Shown here piece after piece: positions 1 through 14,400 of a stretch of 64,000 nucleotides of DNA. How positions within the stretch are numbered: the stretch's first letter is position 1; each line of letters begins with the position of its first letter. The notes beneath the pieces were generated by a model. That model saw only the letters and a list, made by a program, of their open reading frames with translations, had not been told where the DNA came from and made no database searches. Origin of the DNA: Setoptus koraiensis (taxonomy: Eukaryota; Animalia; Arthropoda). Where the stretch lies: the NCBI GenBank assembly GCA_048013815.1, contig CM106585.1, positions 9,424,001-9,488,000 on the forward strand. The letters are read 5' to 3'. Both the position numbers and the translations under genes were made by a program.

Positions 1-1550
1 ATTGTTGTTGTTGTTGCTGCTGCTGTTGTTGTTGTGTGTTCAAACTACCAGCCAGCCAAATCAAAATCTCGTTCATGTTACAAATTGAATCAAGCGAGTC
101 AAGTGGATCAGGTATTTGTGGCAGAGCCAATAAGTGGAGTGTGTGAGTGGATTTGGGGCAATCTGGCCGCTTTGCGAGGATAAATGCGTTAACGTTTAAT
201 GTGCAACATTCAAGAGAGATTGAATGTTGTTTTTAATGGACAGGCGGCGGCTCGGGGCGAGCGGGCCCCTGTATCGAGTTGCTGCGCTTGTGCCCGCGCC
301 ATTTCTATTCATTCTATTAATTTTTCCATTGCCAATATTTCAGTGGCTGCCGACTGTCGACTGGCACCGGCGCCCAGAAGACACCTGACACTACATTTAT
401 TGTTGATACATTTTGCTTACATATGCAATTATTATTGAAATCTATCGACAGCAGCAGCTGCAGCAGCGCCACTTTGGTTTGGTGCCAGTGGGCGCTTTTT
501 GGCTTGCCTGGCACCCAAATGGCACCGTTAGCCAGCCAGCCAGCACATAGCTGCTATTGGACATTACTATTGGGAGGACCCCGACGAGGCCAAGTTTAAT
601 AAGACTGGCGTTGCAAAACTAGCAACAAGCGCACACTGTAGGTGTGAGAATGTTTTTTCATCTGTTCGATTGTTGTTTGTGGTTCAGACAGCAACATAAC
701 ATGTTGTCGGCTAGCGATCAAGAATATGAGTTTGTCGCTGTTGGCGCTTGGTTCACTTTAGCTGAGCTTGTTGTCGGCGCTGCTGCCTCCATTTGGCATG
801 TGTCACTTAACTCGACCAATGGCCGCTATGTTGGCCACTTACTTTTCTTTTTCTTCGTCTTGAGTAGCCTTAAGTTGTTTTCGACCACTGCAACTGCCAG
901 CCATTGTTGGGGCCGGCTTAAGTATCGATTGGCGATGGAAATAACAGCGCCAGCTAAATGCGTTTGCGGTGAGCGCTGCAACTCGCATCAAGTCAATAGA
1001 AGGAGGGGCGTCGACAAAGTGGCTCGCTCTGCCAACTCACCAACAAACTCAATGGGCTCACATGGCAACGGCAGCCTGAGTGCTTGTGGGCGCAAAAAGA
1101 ATCTCGAAAATCACTCACTTGAGGCGCAATCGAGTTGGGGCTTCGATCGAGCCTCAACTCGAGCCAGCTCACATCGAGAGAGCGCGCATCGAAAGAACTG
1201 GCCGGCGTGCTGGCAACACGAGTGGGTCACGGAAGATTCTCTCTCTCTCTCTCTCTCTGTGAATATGGGCCAACTGAAACAATTTAATTTGGACAGTTTT
1301 TGAGTGCAAGCCGCGAGTGTGCTGTTAATAAAAAGAGAGCGAGAGCCATGACACAACAGTAAAAGAATTAGCGCTACCTGGCTGCAACAACTCGCTAGCT
1401 GGCTCACTAAGTGGGCAACGGGCCTCTGTTGGGCACTTTGCGCCTCTGGCCATTCTTGCGGCTCGCTCATTTTGTAATCATTTATCATTATTTCGTCGTG
1501 CAATGGTGCGCCATTGGTGTCGGCTCCAACAGCAGCAACTATGGGCAACT

Positions 1551-1610
1551 ATGCCAATGCATGTCAATGTATGCCGATGCATGCCGATGCATGCCGATGT
1601 AGGCCGATGT
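1551..1610. repeat. 10-bp tandem repeat (ATGCCGATGC)n, ~6 degenerate copies
   Basis: atgccaatgc atgtcaatgt atgccgatgc atgccgatgc atgccgatgt aggccgatgt read directly. Confidence 0.85.
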
Positions 1611-2457
1611 GGGGGCCACCAGTCGGGCTCATTGGCGGCCATGCTAATAGCTGGTGACGTAATGTGTGTGCCGCGATGGAAATATCGCAATCAATTAAGC
1701 AGAACAGCGCGCGCAGTGATTTATACTGCTGACACATTTACACATGCATACTACAAGCAAACTACACGCAAACTAACGTACACTAACTACGCACAACAAA
1801 CGCTACGCGCACGGGCCCCAATAAATGGTCTGCTGCAATATGCTGGCGCTGCTGCTGGCCGTCTTGCCACTAACAAAGTGTTTTACACCCTCTGCGACCT
1901 ATAATTATCTTCCACTTGGCTCGCTCTGGCTAACTAGCGCCGGCTGTCTTCAATTTGCAAGCACTCTAATTGACAATGGATACAAAGGCCCCCCCCCCCC
2001 CCATTCGACAGTTCGCGCTGGCGACAGTCAGTATTTTTGGTGGCTGGCGAGAGCCGGTGCAACCGAGCGTGCAAGTGCTGCCAGCATATTTGAATAGCAA
2101 GTGAACTGCAAAACTCGCCAGCCAAATAGCCCGCTGGCCGGGGTTTGAGCCGCGACAATAAAAGCGTCAGTGGTTGAGCAATGGCTTGTGGACGTGATTG
2201 TTTTTAGCTTACACAAACTGTACAGACACAGTGCAGTTATAGACTGGCTACTGGCTGGCGCCAACAGCGACTAGTGTTAGATATTAGAATTAGTATCTAG
2301 AATATATTATACTGTGGCTGTCGATGATTGAGCTCTCGCGAATGCAAGCTTGCGCGATTCAGCACTCTCTCAACATGACACGATTTGCATAATGATCAAC
2401 ATTTGTCTCTCCTTCCTGTTCATCTAATTACTATTACTGCTGACTTGCTAACAATAG

Positions 2458-5400
2458 ATGTTGTCACGAGAAGTTTCAAGCAGCAGCAACAGAGCAGCGA
2501 CGACAACACCGCCAGTGCCTACGACTCAAACGATAGCAGATCAATAAGTGAGTATCGACTGACAACAGTTAACTGCTGCTACATGCAACATTGAAAGTGT
2601 TAATTGCTTTTGCGTTCCCTAATAATACTCGCTGGTCACTAGCAATACTAAATTACAGCCAATAATACTGTTAACCCTTTTCAAAATGTATGCTACGATG
2701 CGCGTCCAGGTGAAGTGGAGCGCCTGAAGCGTCTGTATCCCCAGAACGAGCGCTTAATCGCCAGCATCAGAAGCAGATACTACGAGGTCATTTATCCCAT
2801 TCAGATGAGAAATTATCGCAGAATGGGCATATCGACGCGCGACCTGCCTGCACAACAAGCGGACGGCTCGCCACCAGGCTCCTCATTGTCTCACCAGGCC
2901 ACCAGCAACAACATATCTCTGGAACAACAACAAAACGGGGCCCACAACAAGGTAAGTCAGCTCAGGTAGCACAGTGTTATACTTTATACTTTAATGTTAT
3001 ATCGTTACATAATTAGATCACCCTAGCGTACACAATTCAATGACAGCGCCCAAATGACAGCGACCAAATGACAGCGACCAAATGACAGGATTAAGCGCGG
3101 CCAGATCGGGGCCATTGGTTGTTGTGTTGTGGTGACGTTGTGGCCTGAAACAAACCAAGTGGCTCGCTGTAAATGCTGCTGCCAGGCTGCCCGGCCAGTG
3201 TAAGCCAACTCTGACCACTGCATTTTGCGCGGCACACGCGAACCATGTTGCGCAACCACTGATCTGTAAACAGCGGATGCGAATGAATAAATCATAGACC
3301 CCAATAAATGCCCAAACTCAACCCGAAACTCGCTCGTCGTCGCACTGTATTTGTCGTTGCTGACAAGCGCCTCCGTGCACAGTCAACTCAACGCGCATTT
3401 CATTTACAGCCAGCGACATGCTACACAGACACTTGTTTCAGGTGGAGTTTGGGGCCCATTGAACACTGTCCATTTAACTCGAAACTGTGCCCACGCTCTC
3501 ACGTCAACACTATCCAGGTATCAATGGGGCCCACAGCACGATTAACTCAATCTGCGATGGGCTGCCAACTTGTTAACTTGACAAACTTGTCACCGGCCCA
3601 CCGTGGGCGTGTTCGGACCCTTGCTGCTGGGGCAAAAGCAGGCAAACGGGTGCCCGCCGACATATAATATATATATTGTTATTTGGGTCAAAATAAATGA
3701 TGATAGCGAGTTGTGGCGTGGCGTGCCGTCTCGACAAGCCAGAGCAAATACCTTGTGATTACTGGGGGTGGCCCGCAAGTTTTGCAAGCCCGCCGGTGCG
3801 GTGATAGTGACTCAAATGGGCGCCACCATCATTAGCATTGTGTGTCACGTGGGTTGCACGGATTGAATTTTTGCACACTCGCCGCACTGGTCCCCTTGCC
3901 TTTGCCTCTTGCCCCCTGCCCCCGGTTGGCCGCTGCAAAGCGCAAATTCAAATTGCCAATTTGGGCCGAGCTCCACTGGTTGGCTCGCTCGGTTTGCACG
4001 AAAAAACAAGCGCCACTACCAGTCAGCTAGCTGGCTAGCAGCCAACTTTTCTTAGTAGGCAACAGTCAGTGACCGAACCCAATGGCCGGTTTGTTTGTGC
4101 AGCTCGGTGGTATTTTACAAACGACGTCGGCCAGCTCCTCGGGCCAGTTTGAGCGCTAGGCGAGTAGCCGTCGGCAGGGGCACGAGTGGGGCGCGCTTTG
4201 CAGCACCGCGTGCGCGAGCCAAAGCTCGTTTGTCGTTGCTGCAAAATCAATCGCCAGCAACAAACGCCTGGCCCGGCCAACAACGAACAACAAACCATCA
4301 ACAACGACAACGGGCGCAGAATAAATCAAGATAGCATTGGCCGCGATTGAATCGCGGATTGAGAAGTAAATCGTGCGCGAAGCGAGCGCGCCTCCATTGC
4401 TCTATTTCTGGTTGAGAGAAAAAGGGAGCGAGCAAGAGGGAGCGAGCAAGAGGGAGAGAGCGCGCCAGTCTCATACGTGCCCATATTCCTGGCGTCGTTT
4501 TTCAATTACGTCAATCGGCTCGTCCTGCAGACCTGCTCCTATTTAACCTAACAAGCGTTGCCGCTGATGAGCCGCCGAGCGAGCTTGGCCAACAAGCGGC
4601 GGCGGCGGCGGCAGCGGCAGCGACGGCAGCGCCCGCCTATAGCGCCCAGTGGGCGAGAGACGTGCACAGTTGCCCGAGAGCAAGCCGACACGCAGACAGC
4701 TCGCCAGCGCGCCCTATAGGCGATATATATATCGGGCCCCGGCCGGGGCCAAAATAAGCGGGCCCGCTGTGTTTGGCTGGCGCGCTTCGGCCCCAAAAAT
4801 GTGCGCTTGTGTGCCAGCGAATCAGGGCCCTCTCTTTTTATTTTTTGCCTGCTCTTGCCAGCGTGTGTGTGTGTGTGTGTGTTTACTGCTCTTATTACGA
4901 CAGCCAGTTTGTTGTTTGTGCTAAAACGGCGGCGACGAACGGCGGATAACGACGCGACTCTGACTCAACTGTGTGTGTGTGTGTCGTCAAAGCTTAAAAA
5001 TAGACAAGTTGCTCTGGCGTTGTCTTCGGCGGGATGTTAGATTGTTAGTTTGGGACACAGGCAGTGTGCGTGTGTGTGTGTGTGTGCTATATAGACAAGG
5101 GCTTTAATAGTAAATTGAGCAAATTCGAGCACAGGCGAGCTGTTCAGCCGGGCCCCGGCCTCTTGTTGTTCTTGTTAGTGTAATGTACGAATATCATCAA
5201 ACAACAAACAAGAAATCAAATAACAATCTAGCCGCGAGAACAGGCGCTTCAGGCCCCGGCGTCGCCCCCATACCGATGCAGCGCCGACGGACTGGCCGCG
5301 CCATAGGCGTGAACGGGCCCGGCCCGGCCCGTCAACTGTGTTTTGAAGGGGGCAAAGCGCACACCAGTGAGGCCACCAAAACAGCGAGGGGTCGCAGGGC

Positions 5401-8400
5401 CAAGTGAAGACAGCCAGCAACTCGCTCGCTAGTTAGGCCAACTTCTGATTGCAGCGGACGGGCGCCATTTTGGGGCCAGCCAGCCACCACGCCAAACTAG
5501 GCATCAGCAACAACAGTGAGCGAGCGAGTTTGTCAGACAGACAGCGGCGCTTTAGATAGATTTGCATATCCACTATCTGGCGCTATCTGGCGCTATCTGG
5601 TGCGGATTTGCCAAACACTGGCACGAGTGTGCAAAGTGTTTAGAAGTGTCTAGACGGAGACGTGTAGCAGTGGCTGGCACACACACACACACACACACTT
5701 CGGGCGCGGGCCTCAGTGTGCCAAACAGTCGGCCCAACTGAACGATCGAACACAAGAACGCGTTACACTAAACGGCACCCACCAAGTGCAGAGACAATGG
5801 CTGCTGCGGCCAAGGTGGAGGGGGCCGCTTGCGCCTAGCTCGTCATCTCGATTCTTCTTTGTGTTGCATATTAAATCAACAATCTCTCGTGCCGGATCTG
5901 ATTTCCAGTTGAACTGTGCGATCGAGTGTGTGTGTTCGCGAGATCCAGCAATAAGTTGGGGCGCCCGGGGCGTATAAAGCCTATTTAGTTGGCGCTTACA
6001 GCCATTTTTAGTTTGCTCGGCTGGCTCGCTGTTGGTCGTGCCCTCACGAACACACGCACACACTCCAGCGAGTGGGGCCAACGGGGCCCATCATCTAACC
6101 TATTCTATTGTGAACGCATCCAGTCAGTATCAAGTTGTGAGCGGGCCACACAATGAATCACTCATTCAAAGTGCTCAGTCAGGGTGCGCGCCCGTCACAA
6201 GCCGACCCCAATCTTTGCCACTTTTTAATTAACTGGATCTGGCCGCACGGCCGCCCGGCACCTGAGCGGCACAATGGTTGTACCTGGGCGGCGAGCGTGT
6301 TCAACTTGAGAGGCCCACTGAGTGATCTGTTAAAATGAGATGTGGTGTTAAAAAGAGTTATCTCGTGGTGATTGTTGTGGGGCCCTCTCGTTGGCGCTCA
6401 ACAATGTGATTAACAATGCGCAATGTGCTCATGATTAACTGGCCAATGTTGCCCCGTGCCCCCGACCAAACATTTCGGCCCGTTCCGCTGCCGTCACAAT
6501 CACTAACCTGTCGCATCGCGTGACCGTACTATAAAAGCGGTTACACAACGATGGGACGCAACGACACAGCAATCGGTCAAAATGCTGTCATACAGTGATG
6601 ATACGCTCATGATTGGGCCCCCGAAACCATTGTGAGCACGATAGTCGGTTCCGCCAGTTAGTTAGCCAGCAGTGTTAATAAATTACTTTTTTTTTGGCAT
6701 GTTCAATCTGCAGCGGCACCGTCCTAACTAAAACTCCATTTACCTCACTAATGCAATCTGATCGTGCGTCTTGTGCAAATATTTGCCCTCAACACAACAA
6801 CTACCCCAGGTTAAGCATTACAACAAGACAAACGTCCATATAAAGGCTTTCAATTATAAATTCAGATTGGATCTCGAGCTGAACAGGTAAATACAACACT
6901 TACAACAATGAGAGATGTGCTCATAAATCACATACTAAGCGCACTGCTAGCGGTAACTAAATAGCTAACTAACTAACACTAATCATTGTTCTAACAATCA
7001 TTCAAAATGCCATTGCAACTGGCCCCTCTTTTGACAGTATTCTTTATGGTCCAAGCCTGATTCAGAAACATTTTTTACCCAAGGGAGCACAACAGATATC
7101 CACTCAAGAGTTGGAGCATTGCTATTATCATGCCACCAGTAAAGGGCTCCCAAAAGCCGTCGGTGCCTTTAGAACGTGCCATGGATTGAGGTGAGTTTAT
7201 TGTGCCACTGCTGCTTCTTATACGTCGCTCATCATATATCCATTATGCAACTGATCGACAACGTATCTATCCTCACATGCTCCCAATAACTCATCCCCCC
7301 CCCCAATTCTAATCGCCAACCAATCAGCGGAATTTTACATTTGGCCAACGAAAGTTTTGTTATACATCCGTTTTATGGTGGAGATCTGTCGGTAAGTGTA
7401 TACCCTGCGGCAATGAATGCCATTTGCTTCTGGAAATAATAAAAGATCGCTCGCTCGGCCACAATAATCAATTAATTAATTGTTAATATTTAACATTCAA
7501 TATTTAATAACAATGCACAAACGACCAATCTTGGCGTCTAGGTCAAGCACCCCCACATCATTTACAGGTACCAGATTGATCATTATGGTAGCAATGGCAA
7601 TTTTGAGTACCAGCAAAATTCTGGCATCAATGCAATAAGAATGAAGCAGCCCAATGTTGACTCAATGTCTACTAATAGAAACAACTTCAATCAATTGCCA
7701 ATTGGTAACAATATTATGAACGCGCAAAATAGCAACTGCGGAAATTCTCTATACAACAATCACAATGAAATAAGGGGCAACTTACGCCAAGTGAATCACC
7801 TGAATGGTCGCAATCACAATCTCAATGAGCAACCCATCAGTTTGGCTATACAACAACAACAGCAACAACAGCAGCAGCGCCAGGGGCTACAATATCCCGC
7901 CTATGATGCGGCCAGCGATCAGACAAGTACTCATAAACATTGGGCTTCGTCTCTGTTTTCCTCTATGCAAAGGGCACTCAATCCCGCGAGCTGGTCCACT
8001 GGCGATGACACCTCTTCCGGGCAACAGATTACAAATAAAGAAACTGTCAATAGGGAACGAAAGAGAAGAGCCTCTTCAGAGGCTCGCGTCAGCGGCAACA
8101 GCAGCAGCAGCACTTCAGGTACGAAGTCGCAACGTATTGATAGTAGTCACAACAGTCACATTCAGATATTAGATGACAGTGGTAGTAGTGGAAACAAATC
8201 ACTAGAGAGGCGCCACTCGAGCCAACGTGTAGATGTGGCCAATATTGAGAAATACATCGAACTGGCACTCATATTGAGCCATGATGTGTTTGAGAAACGT
8301 CGAAATTCTTCCAGATTAGAGATCATTCAAGATGCCATCCAAATCATCAATTGTGTCGATATGTATCTCCGTTCAGCAAATACGAGGGTATCACTTATTT

Positions 8401-11400
8401 ACATTGAAACATGGGCCCACAACGATCAGATCAACATCCAAGAAAGCGACTCTAAACAAAACCTACTGAATCTAATAGAATATGCCTCTAAGAAGCTAAA
8501 CAAAGTTTCCATAGACGCCATCCATTTGATAGCGTAAGTCGGCTTATTTGTTTTGCAGCATCATCCTGATGACAAGTTTACATACTCACAACTGTTTCGC
8601 TATGTTTATCCTAATCATCACTATGCTCTGTTTTCATTCTATTCTATGGTACAATCATGCTGCAATACCATGTTATGATTCAACTATAGAGGCCAATCTG
8701 TCTTCAATTCTAAAGAATTGGGCATCGCAATGCCAAATAGCATTTGTACAACAAATGCCGCCTCTATAAGTCAAGATTCTAGCATATACGAGCCATTCAT
8801 TGTGGCGGGCACAATGGCTCACATGCTGGGTCACAATTTAGGTATGAGTCATGATAGTGTGGATCCCAATGACGAATCAATGCCTTTCTCTTCTGCCTTC
8901 CAAAACGAGGAAGGCACCGAAAAAACATACTCTCAGGCACCAAGCTCGTCGTCGTCGTCAATGGACCAATCACACGAAATAGCTTCAGGCGAGTTAATGA
9001 TCAAATCTATAACAAATCCAACGAAATTTTCCAGCTCCATACAATCGGCTTCATTGGTGGCCGTCCAATCAAATAGTGAAGAGAACGACAGTATGGGATC
9101 GTTAGATTCTGACGAGTCGACATCAGAGGAGAGCAGTCCATTGCCAAGGGCACATGATAGCGGCACTGGCGGCGGCAGTAATAGTGGTGGTGGTGGCGGC
9201 GGCGGCGGTGGTGGTGGTAGCAGTAGTAGCCCAAGTATATCATGTCCAGATAAATGGTCTTGTGTTACAGAAAAACCGTCGCTAGTGTCTTCGTCTTTAT
9301 CTTCGATGCCAACCGGAATGCTCACATCTTCGGTAATGACCAATAAAGATTTGCATTTGGTCGATAGCACCAATAACGATGGGTCGGGCGAATTCAGCGA
9401 TGGCGACGGTGATGTCAAACATACGGCCATGCTTCACGAGACGGATAATGGTGACAGTAAGAGTAAATTAGTCAAGTCATCATCAGGGGCGCGTCATTCG
9501 CACAAAAATGCCGCGTCGAGCTACTGGTTGCCATATAGATTCTCTCAGGCTAGCATCGACGAGTACAATCGTATTTTGGAGACAAATCAAATGCTCTGCC
9601 TGTATAACAAACCAAACAATCATCACAATGAGAATCTCATGATCTTAAATGAGCCAAATCACTTTGGAGCAGTTTGCGGCAATGGTATAGTTGAACTAAA
9701 CGAAGATTGTGATTGCGGCGGCCTCCAAGATTGTCCTTGTTGCATTCCGTCGACCTGTAAGTTTAGGCCCCATGCCGAATGCTCAACCGGGGCCTGCTGT
9801 GATAATTGCAAGGTGAGTAATCCGTCATCGATATATTGTTGTCTATACAGTCGGGGTCAGGAAAATGATGCGCACAACTGGGCGCTCATTTCAAAAAAAA
9901 GTGCACCTAACAAGTTGCGGGCCTGTCAAATTATTCTCTCTGCGCATCAAAATCTCACCATAATGACGATTTTGCGGAAGCGACTGTATAAGCACACCCG
10001 ATCCTCACTGGAGCCCAAAAGACCGGGCCCGGCTCCTCCTATTTGATCTTGATATATAAATCCTGATATAAAGCCACTAACTTATCGTTTCAATCAATAC
10101 CGCTATCTCCAATCTTTGGCAAATATTTATATATATTTAATATGTGAATAAAATATCAATTGAACAAAAACATATCGGCAATGGCGATAAACAACAAAAA
10201 TATCAACTGGTTGCATTCGCGCGCTTACAGCTTTTGTCAGCTGGTTACGTGTGCAGGGAGGCGCGCAACGAATGCGATCTAGCTGAGGTTTGCGATGGAA
10301 AATTCGGCGAGGTAATTAATGCAAAACAAGAGACAATTCCACAAACACTTGTAACCTGATTTGTCTTCTCGACCAATTAATACATTCTCAAATTTTATTC
10401 CGTTTTACAACTATAAATCTTTTAAAATTAGTGTCCCGGAGACCTATCCAAACAAAATGGAATGGAGTGCGCTCGAGGAACTGGCTACTGTTACATGGGC
10501 CAATGTCCAACCCACGAGAAACAATGCCAGGAAAATTGGGGCCAGAGCGCACGGCAAGCAGAGGGAATTTGTTACAGTAATTTCAACGTTCAAGGAAACA
10601 GTAGAGGCAATTGCGGTTGTGATTCAAACAGGGGCCTACACATAAAGTGTAACCAAGAGTAAGTGAGGCTCCAACAGTCAGGTTGAGCCAGAGATTATTA
10701 TACGGATCTTTTATTTTTACACAGATATTCATTGACAATATCCAACGCCTCTCCGCCCCCTCTACAGGAACATCTTATGCGGCTCGCTTCAGTGTCAAGG
10801 AGGCGCCTTGAAACCTTTGGTACAAGCTAAAAATAATAATATAATCAACAATAATATGCTCTATCATGGTATACAATCAGCGACATCAGAAGAGCATTCT
10901 AGTGATAGAGAATATTTCAGGGATACTGTCCATTTTGGTGGAGCCAACCATGAATGCAAATCAATTGCGAGTCCAATGGATTCTTTCGTCAAGTCAAGCT
11001 TAGTGACTGATGGAACGAAATGTAGCGAGAACAAGGTAAGAGCAGCCTCACTTTGTATCTTGGGCTACCGACAAATAGAAATGGCAAAATCATGTGAAAC
11101 TAATGTTCAATCTCATCTCTGTGTAAAATGTGTCTCACCATTAGATATGCATCAATCAGACTTGTCAAGAAATAGAGCAAGTCTTTGGAGAGAATCTGAG
11201 GCTTTGTCCCATGGATGAGAGGGGAAACTTCTGTTCAAGACACGGCGTTTGCTCATCGACCAACAAATGCCACTGCCATCGGGATTGGATCGGACATGAT
11301 TGTAGTCAAAGAGTCGACTCAGGTCTTTTAAAGGCTATGCACAACAGGGCCCCGAATTCTGTCCCATCTGAACAGAAGACTCTTGACCTGGAACCGGCCG

Positions 11401-14400
11401 ATAAGGTCAAAGCGCAATCACCAAGCAGCAATAATAATAGCGGAGGTTTGCAAGACCAACAATTAACATTTCTTGAAACAACTCTTGGCGGAAATAGAAC
11501 TCTAGTAATTACAGGATTACTCAAAACAACAGCTGAAAATGAAGTTAGTAGCAATGGCAACTCTAGTCAAGTGTTGTCTCTATCAAACACTACTGTTGCA
11601 ACGCAAACCGATGAATCAACAACAACGATTGCTCCAAATGGTACGGAGACATACAAAGAAACTTCCACTACTGTTCACGAAAGAAAGAAGAAACGTGGCT
11701 GGACAGCCGAACAATTGGTATTTATTTTGGTTTTTGCTGTGGCCGGAGTCTATTTATCGTTTGTTCTTTGCGCGAACTCATTTCGACGAAGGGGTTTCAT
11801 ATCATATAAGCCTGATAGAGTATTACGTCATCATCAGATTAATTGTAAAATGGATGCTTGGCGATCCTCTATGCTAGCTAAAAGACTTGAGGCTGTAAAT
11901 AATGGTGCAAGCATACCAACAATTGACCAAGACACCCAACGGATGATAGGCTACACACCGGCCTCATCGTATCATGAAAATAAGATGATTGGTCTTGACT
12001 CCTATGGACTGCAGGGTGTAAATGATATGAATCAGAACGAACAAGATATGATTGAACAAATAGACTCATCAGCTGGCCAGAGTAGATATAATCAGCCTCT
12101 ATTAGCAACACGATACAATAACAATGTCAGCACCATCGATGAATCAATATCTATGATGCCGACGACCAATCCGCATCAATCAACCTATATACCTGGTAAT
12201 GAATCCGTGGCAAATCAACAGCCGGAAAATGTGTCGGGCACATCCCGCACTGCACTTAGAACCTTGGAGCGCATTAATCGACAAGGCAGTCAACAATTGA
12301 GCGCCCAGTATCCGATGATTGCACGAAACTTGTCAGAGCAACAACAAATCAAACGGCCGCCTCCGCCGGCAAGATCGCAGGCAACACGGCTTTCCGAGCC
12401 AAGAACCAGTAGCACAGGTATGGTCCAGTTACCACCACGGGCCCCCATGAGCGACACGTTGCAAGCAGCTAGACAACAATCAAATCCTCTGGCTGGCTGT
12501 AGTGGTGCTATTACAAAAGAAACAGTTGGTTATGGCTATCAAAAGAGCTCGCTACCACAAATGGATATTAATCAGCATCAGAAGCAGATACAACAAAAGG
12601 ATAGTATAACTACTAACTCGTCTCTGGAACACAGAGACCCCTTCTGGAGCGATGATGGAATGAACAACAATGAACATATTGGCCCGCACACAAATGTGCC
12701 TATGAATGATGACCACAACAACAATTGTAAGAATAAACATTGTCCGCGTCATCAGTCGATGTTGTCCATTATATTACAGCATCAGTCACCTACATCAATG
12801 GGCGATCATCAGCAGGCGTCATCTACTCTGACGGCGCTGGGAGTTATACAACCACAAGCAAATACTAGTAATCACAATGGATATCATGAGGAAATTCTCG
12901 ATGCTTTGGCAATCGGGCAAATGGCTTCTGATGATCAAGATGATTCGCAGCAACCGCGCCAGCAGCACCAGCCACAACAACAGCCGCTCCAGTTATCTCA
13001 GGGCCTGGGTAACGTGCAGAGGCGCCGTTTGAACAAAGCCAATTCGACTAGCATCGATAAACAATCTTCCAACACAAATTTACCCTCGGCGCCTCGTCCG
13101 CCATCTCAAAACATAAACACCAACGCCAAATTGAGAACTCTCGCTAGTGGTTATCATCATCATCACCATGCTATGAATCGAGCTGTGCAACCTGTCTCAT
13201 TGATAGATCAGCTCCAACATTTAGAGCGCGTTCAAAGTATGTATCAGCAGAACAAGCCCAATGATTTGCATGAATTTTTCTCGTTGCCTCTATCTGTTCA
13301 ATTGAGCGCTCTTTTGGCTCGCTCGAAGCAGAACATGGTCAAACAAAATCAAAAGTATCAACAACAAAAGGTTACTATGACACCATCAAGCGGCGCTGGC
13401 TATAAATCGAGGAAAAGCCTTGGCGAGGAACAAGCGCTTGAGGACTATTTGAACATCTTACTCAATTCAACAGTGGTCACTGCCAATAGGAAATATCAGA
13501 ATACCGCACATAATCAAGAAAAAGAACCCTCAAACGTCCAATCGAAGAAATCCTCTTGCTCATCTTATCAGCAAACCCAAGTTAATGCAACAAGGCAACA
13601 ATTGACCAATAGTCAGCATAGCTTGATAGGCACTAATCAGCAGCACTACAAGAAAGGCTTACTACAAGGCGCATCGGCCTCTCAACCGATGACGCCATCA
13701 TCGGCAAGGCCACAATTGAAACTGAGAAATCTTCAAGATTTAATTCATCGCTTGCAGCGACTTCAATCTCAACATCAAGCCTACGATTCCTCTGATCAAG
13801 ACCAAAATACAATGATGCCGTCGCAGAACAACAAACAGCCATTGAAATACCAGGATAGCGGAGCGTCGGGAAGTGGACCGTCAAGACAACGACAGCCTGT
13901 TGTGTATCGAGACGGATCCATGGGACGAATGGGCCATTCGCGTCATGGAAGCAACAATGTTTTCAGATCGAGATCACGACTTGGAGGGGGCAACAGTGGC
14001 TCCCAGCAAGGTATTGCAGACATTGGCTCGGAACCATTGCGCAATGATATGCGCGATGATTCAATTTATTCAATATCCGATTCAGAAGATGGTGGCTTCA
14101 TAACGGATTCGTTCACATCCAAGACCTTTGACCCATCTGGTTTCTTCAGTAAGTCCACCTCGCCCCTATCTACGGGACCCCAATCGTCTTCGCGACGGCG
14201 ACGAAGCTACAAAGCGTCCTTCAAGTCGCAAGTGTCCTCGTCGAATCAGCGCAACAGAACTGCAGCCGAGGAGTATGGCGAAGGAGGGGCCGATGAGGGC
14301 GACGTAGATGGCGACGATGATGAGGACGAAGACGACATGATTGATAACGACGAGGATGACGAAATGATGCTGTCTAGCTGGCGTACCACCTTGCAACGAC

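Noticed and set aside
1825-2097. MLALLLAVLPLTKCF as the ADAM signal-peptide exon
   Set aside because: Signal-like, but I found no convincing phase-1 donor linking it to 2458, so the start is left unresolved.
199-6338. Numerous 60-220 aa ORFs on both strands in the ADAM 5' region and intron (e.g. 644-1303, 1111-1548, 3308-3667, 4548-4796)
   Set aside because: Low-complexity, microsatellite-driven frames with no recognisable domains; they overlap in conflicting frames. Only 2458-2547 and 2659-2951 fit ADAM motifs and splice phase.
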